Assembly (NCBI GenBank): GCA_964496885.1
Contig: CAZCBG010000003.1
Location: forward strand, 16,952-80,951
Source of the DNA: an uncultured Bacteroides sp.
GTDB taxonomy: Bacteria; Bacteroidota; Bacteroidia; Bacteroidales; JACABE01
Length of the DNA stretch: 64,000 nucleotides
Direction: 5' to 3'
Shown piece after piece: positions 45,501-52,685 of this stretch. Position numbers and translations under genes: made by a program. The first letter of the stretch is position 1, and each line of letters starts with the position of its first letter. Below the pieces are notes generated by a model, which had not been told where the DNA came from, did no database searches, and saw only the letters and a program-made list of their open reading frames with translations.

Positions 45501-46502
45501 GTTGAATTTATTTCACCCGACTTACTGGTGGCTGGTGATGAGTGTTTTTTGGCTGATTCTGTATCTGTTGGCGCATCTCATGTAAGAAATGGATATATTT
45601 CCATAGCAAAAACATATATCGGAAACCGTACTTTCGTAGGAAACAGTGCAGTTATTAGTCCGGGAACAGTCTTAGGGAATGGAGTGTTGGTTGGTGTACT
45701 TTCGAAGATGAAGGACGAACAACTTCCTGCTCCTGATGGAACTTCATGGTTTGGTTCACCTGCAGTTTACTTACCCAATCGTGATATCAATCAGGATTTT
45801 TCAATTGGCCGGACTTATCAACCAAGTCGAACGCTTTTTGCATTGCGCTATTTCATAGAATTTTTTAGAGTTACACTTCCGGCTACCCTTTTTATTATGA
45901 TGGCTTCTATGATAACCAATATTACCAGTTATTTACAAGTTGATTTTGATCTCTTGCCATTGATGTGTATTTTCCCTTTACTTTATATCGGGGCTAGTTT
46001 TGTAGGATTTATTGTGCTGGCCCTATTTAAATGGATTGTGATTGGTCGTTACCGTCCTTGCAATAAACCTCTTTGGAGTGGCTTTGTATGGAGAAGCGAA
46101 CTTGTTACAGGATTGTACGAAAACTTTGGAGTACTTTTCTTTATGAACGTGCTAACAGGTACCCCTTTTATTAAATTCCCACTCTGGCTACTGGGCAGTA
46201 AAATAGGGAAAAGAACTTGTATTTATACTACACAAATTACAGAATTTGATCTTGTAAAAATTGGCGATTATTCTGCATTAAACGATAACTGCACAATACA
46301 AACTCATCTTTTTGAAGACAGGGTGATGAAGATGTCGTATGTTGATATTGGAAAAGAGTGTACTGTAGGGGGAATGTCTGTTGTCCTTTACGATTCTAAG
46401 ATGGAAGATGGAGCTAGACTTGACAATTTATCTGTATTAATGAAGGGTGAAACGCTTTCTGCAATGAGTACTTTTATAGGTGCACCTGCAAAACCAGCAT
46501 AA
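42534..46502 (+). CDS. Pls-type (epsilon-poly-L-lysine-synthetase-like) single-module membrane NRPS: A domain, T domain, then three [2 TM + beta-helix] modules
   Basis: 1322 aa. All adenylation core motifs A1-A10 are present in order, followed by the PCP motif FFTDLGGHSLLA. There is no HHxxxDG or TE motif. The C-terminal ~690 aa is a threefold repeat of two hydrophobic helices plus a hexapeptide-repeat-like segment. Details are in the findings. Confidence 0.85.
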   Translation: MQEEPFEEKVININFSAWSGLSSYNNLKEKLLLHELFEQSADRFPDNIAIEDATIKLSYAEVEHQANQLAHYLIEKGVGADQKVAIMLPRISYVYIAMLGVLKAGGAYIPLDPEIPGERVDFIMEDSGALLLISSDEILNRIGSTLTTRKILNVDQENKLLENFPESRMINSKVSSNHLCYIIYTSGTSGQPKGVLLEHRNVITYVHSAQEIYPITASDRALQGFSVSFDASVEEIWLPFSVGASVVVGKFDIMRSGDRFSEILYKLNITFLSCAPTLLSMVDEDIPSLKILIFGGEVCPSDLAHRWCREGRMVYNTYGPTEAAVIATYQVLEPNQAVTIGRPMPQYIVMILDEALNSVNIGQEGEIYIGGECVARGYLNQAELTTEKFIETDKFTTYPLRLYRTGDLAKYAENGEIIYVGRADTQVKVRGFRVELSEIEGLILKTNNIKAAVVALDKATQQLAAYIVVREGETIDREQMITLLRAKLPYYMIPSTLDEVISLPMTSSSKIDRSKLPKPKTPLASSSHKEYILPTSTLEKVLVGKLKDHFRLIDISMDDNFFTDLGGHSLLAAIVVSDLRKDVLFKNMSVIDIYNNPVLKDLANELESQLNLKHTKKKEPRDFYKPSSLSYYSCWFSQGVSMIFLSFLFGLEWLGPFFVYSYYYHADYGVVDSLLIMLLTYFLLLPTFSIFAIIFKWLVIGRIKPGKYKLWSLYYFRFWIVDKVIGISPASYFTGTPIITNFYRLLGAKIGKNTYINSHTSSVFDLLTIGNNVSICTDTHFKGFEIKDGYLHIGSIEIADECFVGTRCCISENTKMERNSSMEDLSLLPSGSIIPANENWQGSPAEKIGINPKVETIKLWKETHFTLYLLGVFIFPLITMLAYFPGMMLITHVDYSSDDYEFLMLTIVVAVSFVLILSLIIALLKWLMLGNIKEGRYPVASLFYYRKWFFDQLMKLSLQVIGTLYTTLYLQYWFKLLGVKIGKRSEISTVEFISPDLLVAGDECFLADSVSVGASHVRNGYISIAKTYIGNRTFVGNSAVISPGTVLGNGVLVGVLSKMKDEQLPAPDGTSWFGSPAVYLPNRDINQDFSIGRTYQPSRTLFALRYFIEFFRVTLPATLFIMMASMITNITSYLQVDFDLLPLMCIFPLLYIGASFVGFIVLALFKWIVIGRYRPCNKPLWSGFVWRSELVTGLYENFGVLFFMNVLTGTPFIKFPLWLLGSKIGKRTCIYTTQITEFDLVKIGDYSALNDNCTIQTHLFEDRVMKMSYVDIGKECTVGGMSVVLYDSKMEDGARLDNLSVLMKGETLSAMSTFIGAPAKPA
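42630..44093 (+). other. adenylation domain of the Pls-like synthetase
   Basis: Motifs in order: LSYAEVE, LKAGGAYIPLD, YIIYTSGTSGQPKGV, FDASVEE, NTYGPTE, GEIYIGGECVARGYL, YRTGDLAKY, GRADTQVKVRGFRVELSEIE, LPYYMIPS, SSSKIDRSKL. Confidence 0.9.
44238..44240 (+). other. predicted phosphopantetheine-attachment serine (Ser569) of the carrier domain
   Basis: The TCT codon lies within GAT CTC GGG GGG CAT TCT (DLGGHS). Frame checked against the ATG at 42534. Confidence 0.8.
44430..46499 (+). repeat. threefold internal protein repeat (aa ~633-850, ~862-1085, ~1100-1322) of the Pls-like synthetase
   Basis: Each copy has two TM helices, a junction motif and a beta-helix-like segment. The junction motifs are FKWLVIGRIKPGKYKLWS (nt 44616), LKWLMLGNIKEGRYPVAS (nt 45303) and FKWIVIGRYRPCNKPLWS (nt 46026). 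The following segments contain LLGAKIGKNTYI, LLGVKIGKRSEI and LLGSKIGKRTCI. Confidence 0.85.
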
Positions 46503-46661
46503 TTTTTCAGCATTTGAATTTATATTTTTTCTTAGATCTCACAAATTACTTAATAGATAAATCTTTGATTTTAATACTCTCAGTAAAGGCTATAGCGTTT
46601 ATAAATTAAATTTTTTAATAGCTTTATAAATTTTTTTAAAAACTTTATGTAGGTTTGTAGT

Positions 46662-47366
46662 ATGCATTTATTTTATACACCCGATATTAAATCTTCTTCG
46701 TATGCCCTTGATAAAGAAGAATCCACACATTGTGTAAAGGTATTACGTTTGAAAGAAGGCAGCCTAATCCATTTAACTGATGGAAAGGGAAATCTGTATA
46801 AAGCACAATTGCTGACTTCAGATCCCAAGGAATGCTTAGTCGAAATCAAAGAAACGATACCTGAATTCGGCAAAAGAGGATTTTATTTACATATTGCCAT
46901 TGCACCTACTAAAAACATCGACCGTTTTGAATGGTTTCTTGAAAAAGCAACCGAAATAGGCATTGATGAAATTACACCCCTTTTCTGTGAACATTCCGAA
47001 AGGAACATCATTAAACCAGAACGGCTACAAAAAATTATCACTTCAGCCTTAAAGCAATCTTTAAAAACTTATCACCCGGTTTTGAATGAAGCTGTTAAGT
47101 TCAATCATTTCATTCAGACTTTTTTTGATGGTAAAAAATACATTGCACATTGCGAAGAAAACAAAAAAACATCCTTGCAATCAGCTTGTCAAAAAGGCGA
47201 AAATGCTTTGATATTAATAGGCCCTGAAGGTGATTTTAGTAATCCGGAAATTATAAATGCCATTGAAAACAATTTTTTACCCATTAGTTTGGGAAATTCA
47301 CGCTTACGAACCGAAACTGCTGGTATTGTGGCCTGTCATACTATTAATTTATTGAATGAATTATGA
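46662..47366 (+). CDS. rsmE: 16S rRNA (uracil1498-N3)-methyltransferase
   Basis: 234 aa with the motifs MHLFYTP, HCVKVLRLKEG and the C-terminal SPOUT knot LIGPEGDFS...LGNSRLRTETA. Confidence 0.9.
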   Translation: MHLFYTPDIKSSSYALDKEESTHCVKVLRLKEGSLIHLTDGKGNLYKAQLLTSDPKECLVEIKETIPEFGKRGFYLHIAIAPTKNIDRFEWFLEKATEIGIDEITPLFCEHSERNIIKPERLQKIITSALKQSLKTYHPVLNEAVKFNHFIQTFFDGKKYIAHCEENKKTSLQSACQKGENALILIGPEGDFSNPEIINAIENNFLPISLGNSRLRTETAGIVACHTINLLNEL

Positions 47367-48016
47367 TTAAAAGATTTTTTTTATACCTGATATTAATTGC
47401 ATTTTTAAGCTCATTTACACCACCAACCTATCAAATTGCATTGTTAAAATACAATGGAGGTGGAGATTGGTATGCCAATCCTACTTCATTGACAAATCTT
47501 ATTCAATATGCAAATCAATACCTCGGTACCAATCTAAATCCGGATTATGCTACTGTTGATGTGGGAAGTACAGAATTGTACAATTATCCCTTTGTTCACA
47601 TGACCGGACATGGAAATGTTGTTTTTTCTGACAGAGATGCAGAAAATTTAAGAAACTATCTGAAAGGTGGAGGTTTTTTACATATCGACGATAATTATGG
47701 CATGGATAAGTTTATACGGCCTCAAATGAAAAAAGTATTTCCTGAATTGGAATTTGTAGAATTACCTTTTAGCCATCCTATTTTTCATCAGAAATATGAT
47801 TTTCCGAATGGTCTGCCAAAGATTCATGAACACGATGGCAAACGCCCTCAGGGATTTGGATTATTCTTCAACGGCCGACTGGTTTGTTTTTATAGCTATG
47901 AATGTGATTTGGGTGATGGATGGGAAGATCAGGATGTTCATAAAGATTCAGAAGCAACACGTACCAAAGCTTTAAGGATGGGTGTGAACCTATTACAGTT
48001 CGTTTTTAATCAATAG
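47363..48016 (+). CDS. DUF4159 domain-containing protein
   Basis: 217 aa. LLKYNGGGDWYANPTSL...YPFVHMTGHGNVVFSDRDAENLRNYLKGGGFLHIDDNYGMDKF...LPKIHEHDGKRPQGFGLF is the DUF4159 pattern. Its start overlaps the rsmE stop in ATGA. Confidence 0.8.
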   Translation: MIKRFFLYLILIAFLSSFTPPTYQIALLKYNGGGDWYANPTSLTNLIQYANQYLGTNLNPDYATVDVGSTELYNYPFVHMTGHGNVVFSDRDAENLRNYLKGGGFLHIDDNYGMDKFIRPQMKKVFPELEFVELPFSHPIFHQKYDFPNGLPKIHEHDGKRPQGFGLFFNGRLVCFYSYECDLGDGWEDQDVHKDSEATRTKALRMGVNLLQFVFNQ

Positions 48017-48371
48017 TTTAATAAATTGTTGAGCCTAATAGGAAAGTTGTAAGCCAAAGTTCTGATTAGCTCAAAAAGTAGAGTTAGATTTCTAAAATTA
48101 ATAAATGTATTTTATAATATGTAATCTTCAAAAGCTAAAACCCATTATTCATATTTGAAGTTAATCACTAAAAATAAAATAGTTTAAAAAGTTCAATGTG
48201 CTTAAAATCAAATGGATGTAAAACGTGGCATAAATATTGAACATTGAAGAAATATGAGAGTGAATTATAAAAACTTTAAAAGTTCTGAAAAAACACTCAT
48301 ATGATTAAACAAAATATATAAATATTTGTTTAATTTTCAATTAGTTATATATCTTATTAAATTTTATTTTT

Positions 48372-50408
48372 ATGAAAAAATTAATCCTAATATTATTTTC
48401 TTTATCAATTTTAAGTTCATGTAGTAAAGATACAGCAACTCCAACATCTTCTGATGTTTTAGTTACAATGGACAACATGGTTGTTAATCCAAGTTTTGGT
48501 TTTAAAACTTCTCAAAATATTAGTGTAGAGCTTAAAGCTCAGGATAATATGGGTACAGCTATGCAATACATCCGTTTTAATGTATTTTCAAATATGAAAG
48601 AAAACGATGGAGCAATTATTGCATCAGGTGCAACAGATATCAATGGTGATTTGAAATTAAGTATTCCTATACCCAGCTATTACGATTCTATCGTAGTTGC
48701 TACTGATTTTATAGGTTTTGTAAATCAAATAAAGCTTCCAATTATTGGAGGAAAAGTGTCCTACTTATTTGGGGGAAATCATCCAGCTAAAAAATCAGCA
48801 GAGGAATTAATTCCTAAAGCAACAGCTGCCTATATCAAATTTTTAGGAACTTACAATAGCCAAGGTGTCCCTAATTATTTAGTTTCCAACGATGTGGTAG
48901 AAGCCAGTTTGTTGACTGATATTAATGCCTGGTTACCAGAATATAAATCTGTTCCAGTTAATCATCCTGGATATTTAGCACAAACTAATGTTACCAATGT
49001 TATTTTAAATCAAATGGCAGATGTTTGGGTTACTTTTGTTCACGAAGGTGCAGGTTATATGAATGTCTTAGGTTTTTATACTTACGATAAAAATACCCCA
49101 ATTACGAATGTAAATCAAATAGATTCTATCCGGATTATTTTTCCAAATGCTTCGTTATCAGGAAGCGGAGGTGGATTAAATTCAGGGAATAGGGTTAAAC
49201 TCGGAACTTTTCCTGCCAACACAGGTATAGGTTGGGTATTGTTTTCAAATGGATGGACAGGAAGCAGTGTAAATGCAAATGCTACAAAATATTATTCTGA
49301 CCCTATACTTAATCCAGAAACCGATGTGGCCAACCGCCAACACACTGTTTTGCTTCACGATGCAGGAAGAGGATTGTATTTATGTGGTTTTGAAGATATG
49401 GGTCGTAATCCAAATATCGGAGCTGATAACGATTTTAATGACATTCTCTTTTATGTAAAAACAAATCCAGTTCAAGCAATTGCTCAAAACAATGTTTATC
49501 AGGCAAGTGGTTCTGCTGTTGATACCGATCATGATGGAGTTTCTGATTTATTTGACGATTATCCAACAGATCCATTAAGAGCTTTTAATAATTATTTTCC
49601 TTCAAAAACACAGTTTGGCACATTGGCTTTCGAAGATCTCTGGCCTTCAAAAGGAGACTATGATTTTAATGATGTGGTGGTTGATTATCGTTTTAATCCA
49701 ATAACCAATGCATCTAATCAGGTTGTAAATATTCAGGCAAAGTTTGTTGTTAAAGCCACTGGAGCTGGTTTCTTAAATGGTTTTGGTTTCCAGATTCCTT
49801 CACTTACTTCAGCCTCAGTGCAGAATGTGACTGGAACTAATTTAACCGAAACAGGTTTTATCAGTACTTTAGCAAGTGGTGTCGAAGCAAATCAATCTAA
49901 AGCAACAGTAATAGTGTTTGATAATGCCTGGAAGAATTTTTCAAATGCTTCAGGAAGTAATCCAAGTGGTTTCTCTGGTATCAATACTTTAATTGGTGGG
50001 AGAACTGGTATTCCTGATACTTTAAATGTAAATCTGACTTTGGTACAACCCATAAGTTCTGCAACATTAGGTTTGCCTCCTTATAATCCATTTATTATAG
50101 CAAATAAGACCAGGGGGAAAGAAATTCATCTTGCTGATTATCCTCCTACCGATTTGGTTGATCATACATTGTTTGGAACATCAAATGATAACAGTAATCC
50201 TTCAGCCGGAAGATATTATAAAACTGCAAACAATCTACCATGGGGTATTAATATTGCAGAAAAATTCAATTATCCGATTGAAAAAGCTAAAATTATTGAC
50301 GGACATTTAAAATTTGCCGCCTGGGCACAAAGTAGTGGTGTTCTTTATAAGGACTGGTATAAACCAAATGCTGGGTATAGAAATTCAGTTTATATATATC
50401 CAAACTAA
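48372..50408 (+). CDS. LruC-domain lipoprotein with N-terminal beta-sandwich-like and DUF4114-like domains
   Basis: 678 aa with lipobox LSSC. The DUF4114-like segment is VTFVHEGAGYMNVLGFYTY...GFEDMGRNPNIGADNDFNDILFYV. It is followed by the Ca-binding-like DTDHDGVSDLFDDYPTDP and the LruC signature LAFEDLWPSKGDYDFNDVVVDY...YNPFIIANKTRGKEIHLADYPPT...YYKTANNLPWGI. Confidence 0.8.
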   Translation: MKKLILILFSLSILSSCSKDTATPTSSDVLVTMDNMVVNPSFGFKTSQNISVELKAQDNMGTAMQYIRFNVFSNMKENDGAIIASGATDINGDLKLSIPIPSYYDSIVVATDFIGFVNQIKLPIIGGKVSYLFGGNHPAKKSAEELIPKATAAYIKFLGTYNSQGVPNYLVSNDVVEASLLTDINAWLPEYKSVPVNHPGYLAQTNVTNVILNQMADVWVTFVHEGAGYMNVLGFYTYDKNTPITNVNQIDSIRIIFPNASLSGSGGGLNSGNRVKLGTFPANTGIGWVLFSNGWTGSSVNANATKYYSDPILNPETDVANRQHTVLLHDAGRGLYLCGFEDMGRNPNIGADNDFNDILFYVKTNPVQAIAQNNVYQASGSAVDTDHDGVSDLFDDYPTDPLRAFNNYFPSKTQFGTLAFEDLWPSKGDYDFNDVVVDYRFNPITNASNQVVNIQAKFVVKATGAGFLNGFGFQIPSLTSASVQNVTGTNLTETGFISTLASGVEANQSKATVIVFDNAWKNFSNASGSNPSGFSGINTLIGGRTGIPDTLNVNLTLVQPISSATLGLPPYNPFIIANKTRGKEIHLADYPPTDLVDHTLFGTSNDNSNPSAGRYYKTANNLPWGINIAEKFNYPIEKAKIIDGHLKFAAWAQSSGVLYKDWYKPNAGYRNSVYIYPN

Positions 50409-50426
50409 TAAGGAAAGTTTTTAAAT

Positions 50427-50458
50427 AAAAAAGGGCAGTTTTGAATTGCCCTTTTTTT
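50427..50458 (+). terminator. rho-independent terminator after the LruC gene
   Basis: GGGCAGT (50433-50439) pairs with ATTGCCC (50445-50451), including one G-U pair, followed by TTTTTTT. Confidence 0.75.
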
Positions 50459-50467
50459 ATAAGCAAA

Positions 50468-50487
50468 AAGCCCGATTTTTCGGGCTT
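50468..50487 (-). terminator. hairpin terminator downstream of tRNA-Leu (minus strand)
   Basis: AAGCCCGA pairs with TCGGGCTT around a TTTT loop. On the minus strand it sits 4 nt after the tRNA 3' end and is followed by TTTTT. Confidence 0.7.
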
Positions 50488-50491
50488 TAAG

Positions 50492-50573
50492 TGCGGATGA
50501 AGGGACTCGAACCCCCACGTCGCAAGACACCAGATCCTAAGTCTGGCGCGGCTACCAATTACGCCACATCCGC
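50492..50573 (-). tRNA. tRNA-Leu (anticodon UAG)
   Basis: The reverse complement is GCGGATGTGGCGTAATTGGTAGCCGCGCCAGACTTAGGATCTGGTGTCTTGCGACGTGGGGGTTCGAGTCCCTTCATCCGCA. The acceptor stem is GCGGATG/CATCCGC and the anticodon stem CCAGA/TCTGG carries the loop CT-TAG-GA. A long variable arm and a TTCGAGT T-loop are present. No CCA is encoded. Confidence 0.85.
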
Positions 50574-50584
50574 ATAATGGACTG

Positions 50585-50592
50585 CAAAGATA
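50585..50592 (-). promoter_or_regulatory. -7 promoter box TATCTTTG (minus strand) for tRNA-Leu
   Basis: Plus strand reads CAAAGATA, 11 nt upstream of the tRNA 5' end. Confidence 0.55.
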
Positions 50593-50751
50593 ATACTTTT
50601 TTTCTTATGCTTAAGTTTTTGTTTGGAAAATATTTGAATTTGTTTTAGAGATGTGCAAATTAAAGTTTTTTTTACTCAGAATGGGGTTTTCAATTGTAAT
50701 CATTTTAAATATCCTTAGTAGTACTCAGGGCACTTCTTTTCAAGATATTCC

Positions 50752-51990
50752 TTATTCATACCTCAGCGATTCAATGGGATCTAGGTTGGCAGCTTTTACA
50801 GCTGGGTAAATACCAGAAACCAATCCAACAAACAGACATAAAATAAATCCGCTAAAAATCCAAAGCCAGGGAATAATAAAGCTGCTTCCAATTGCAAACG
50901 AAACTACATTCCCTACTAAAATACCAAGGATAATGCCAAGTAAACCTCCAATTTGTCCTATAACCACAGCTTCAACCAAAAACTGATTCTTAATTAGATT
51001 TTTAGTTGCTCCCATTGATTTTCTGATACCAATTTCACGGGTACGTTCACTAACGGAAACCAGCATAATATTCATCAAACCTATGGCAGCACCAAGGAGT
51101 GTAATGATTCCTATTATTGAAGCAGCCATGGTAACATATTTCATATTTTCGATAAATGATTGGGCCATATTATCGCTTTTGGAAGCATCAAAATTATTTT
51201 CTTCTCCAATATTTACATCACGAATAACCCTAAAAACCCCAACAGCTTCATCAATGGCAACATCCATTTTTAATGGATCATTTACTAAAATGCTGATGCT
51301 GAAAGACATATTCGGACGTGGGAAATACTGCCTTACATTGTTGATGGGTAAAATACAATTTTTGTCACCACTAAACCCCATACTGCTTCCTTTAGATTTT
51401 AAAACACCAATTACCATATATTTGCCAGGCCCTATTGAAACGATTTGATTGATAGGATTTTCGTCTTTTTTAAAAATGGACTTTGATAATTCCTCACCAA
51501 TGATAGTAACACTTGAACCGTAATTTACTTCAGAGGGTGTAAAATTTCTGCCTTTTGCAATTTCATTTCCGGAAGTAAACAAATAGTTTTCGTCGGCACC
51601 AATAACACCGATGTTAGGATTGGTTTTTTCGCTTAAAAATTTCACGGTTGCAGTATGCGTTGCAAAAGTAGATAATGAAGTGTAGGCAGGGAATTTATAA
51701 TTATTTTTAAATTGTTGCGCTTCGTCAAAAGTAATTTCTTTGTATCGTTTTGCTCTTCTGCCGTCTCCCATTTGCATTTGCATCGCATGATCGCGTAAAG
51801 TAAAGGTATTGGCTCCCATTTGAGAAAAACTCTTGGTAATACTTGATTTTAAAGAATCAATGGCAGTTAAAATACCAACTAAAGCCATAATTCCAAAAGC
51901 AATAATCAATACAGTAAGTATGGTTCTTGTTAAATGACTACGGATTGATTCGAGCGAAATTTTAACATTTTCGACGATTAACACTTTCAT
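50752..51990 (-). CDS. ABC transporter permease, MacB/FtsX family
   Basis: 412 aa. It has an N-terminal TM helix, a large periplasmic domain (MacB_PCD-like) and the C-terminal FtsX helices with the [14 protein letters not shown] motif. No ATPase gene is adjacent. Confidence 0.85.
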   Translation of the reverse strand: MKVLIVENVKISLESIRSHLTRTILTVLIIAFGIMALVGILTAIDSLKSSITKSFSQMGANTFTLRDHAMQMQMGDGRRAKRYKEITFDEAQQFKNNYKFPAYTSLSTFATHTATVKFLSEKTNPNIGVIGADENYLFTSGNEIAKGRNFTPSEVNYGSSVTIIGEELSKSIFKKDENPINQIVSIGPGKYMVIGVLKSKGSSMGFSGDKNCILPINNVRQYFPRPNMSFSISILVNDPLKMDVAIDEAVGVFRVIRDVNIGEENNFDASKSDNMAQSFIENMKYVTMAASIIGIITLLGAAIGLMNIMLVSVSERTREIGIRKSMGATKNLIKNQFLVEAVVIGQIGGLLGIILGILVGNVVSFAIGSSFIIPWLWIFSGFILCLFVGLVSGIYPAVKAANLDPIESLRYE

Positions 51991-52017
51991 TTTATTGAAT
52001 TTAGAAAAGCTAAAAAA

Positions 52018-52674
52018 TTAAAACTGTACCTTATTTCCATAAGCTAAATCGCCTGCATCTCCTAAGCCTGGAACAATGTAAGCCTGGGCGGTTAATTCAT
52101 CATCAACAGCTCCAACCCATATCGACACATCACTTATTGAAAGATGTTTGTGAACATAATCAATACCTTCGGCGCTGGCTAAGACCGAAACAAAATAAGT
52201 ATGGCTTGGTTTTCCGTGAGTAATAAGTTCTTTGTAAGTTTTGACCATCGATGCCCCGGTGGCAAGCATTGGATCTGCAAGTATCAGTACTTTATCTGTT
52301 AAATCGGGGCAAGATAAATATTCAATCTGAATGTCAAAATTACCTTTTTTATCGTGTTTACGATAGGCCGAAATAAAAGCGTTTTCAGCTTGATCAAAAT
52401 AATTCAGCAAACCATAGTGAAAGGGCAGTCCGGCTCTTAGAATAGAAGCAATTACCGGCTGTTGTTTCAGCAATTGAATCTCTGCAATTCCTAAAGAGGT
52501 TACAACTTCTTTGGATTCGTATTGAAGCTTTTTACTTAGTTCATACGCAAATATTTCGCCCAATCGTTCCATATTTTTACGAAACCGCATCCTGTCTTGT
52601 TGAATTTTTTCATCTCTGATTTCTGCAATAAACTGATTGAAAAGAGAATTGTGATTTCCTATTATGTTTGCCAT
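52018..52674 (-). CDS. upp: uracil phosphoribosyltransferase
   Basis: 218 aa. Contains ILRAGLPF, the PRPP-binding loop VLILADPMLATGAS, and the C-terminal YIVPGLGDAGD. Confidence 0.9.
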   Translation of the reverse strand: MANIIGNHNSLFNQFIAEIRDEKIQQDRMRFRKNMERLGEIFAYELSKKLQYESKEVVTSLGIAEIQLLKQQPVIASILRAGLPFHYGLLNYFDQAENAFISAYRKHDKKGNFDIQIEYLSCPDLTDKVLILADPMLATGASMVKTYKELITHGKPSHTYFVSVLASAEGIDYVHKHLSISDVSIWVGAVDDELTAQAYIVPGLGDAGDLAYGNKVQF

Positions 52675-52685
52675 AATCTTATGAT

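Noticed and set aside
46650-46657. TAGGTTTG promoter-like box just upstream of rsmE
   Set aside because: It ends only 4 nt before the ATG at 46662, so a transcript initiating the usual few nucleotides downstream would start at or inside the start codon. It could give a leaderless mRNA, but I do not report it as a feature.
48029-48075. Imperfect hairpin TTGAGCCTAAT...ATTAGCTCAA after the DUF4159 gene, plus a second imperfect inverted repeat near 48252-48302 in the long region upstream of LruC-2
   Set aside because: The stems are interrupted by bulges, the loops are 25-30 nt, and no U-tract follows. In sequence this AT-rich, such pairings are expected by chance.
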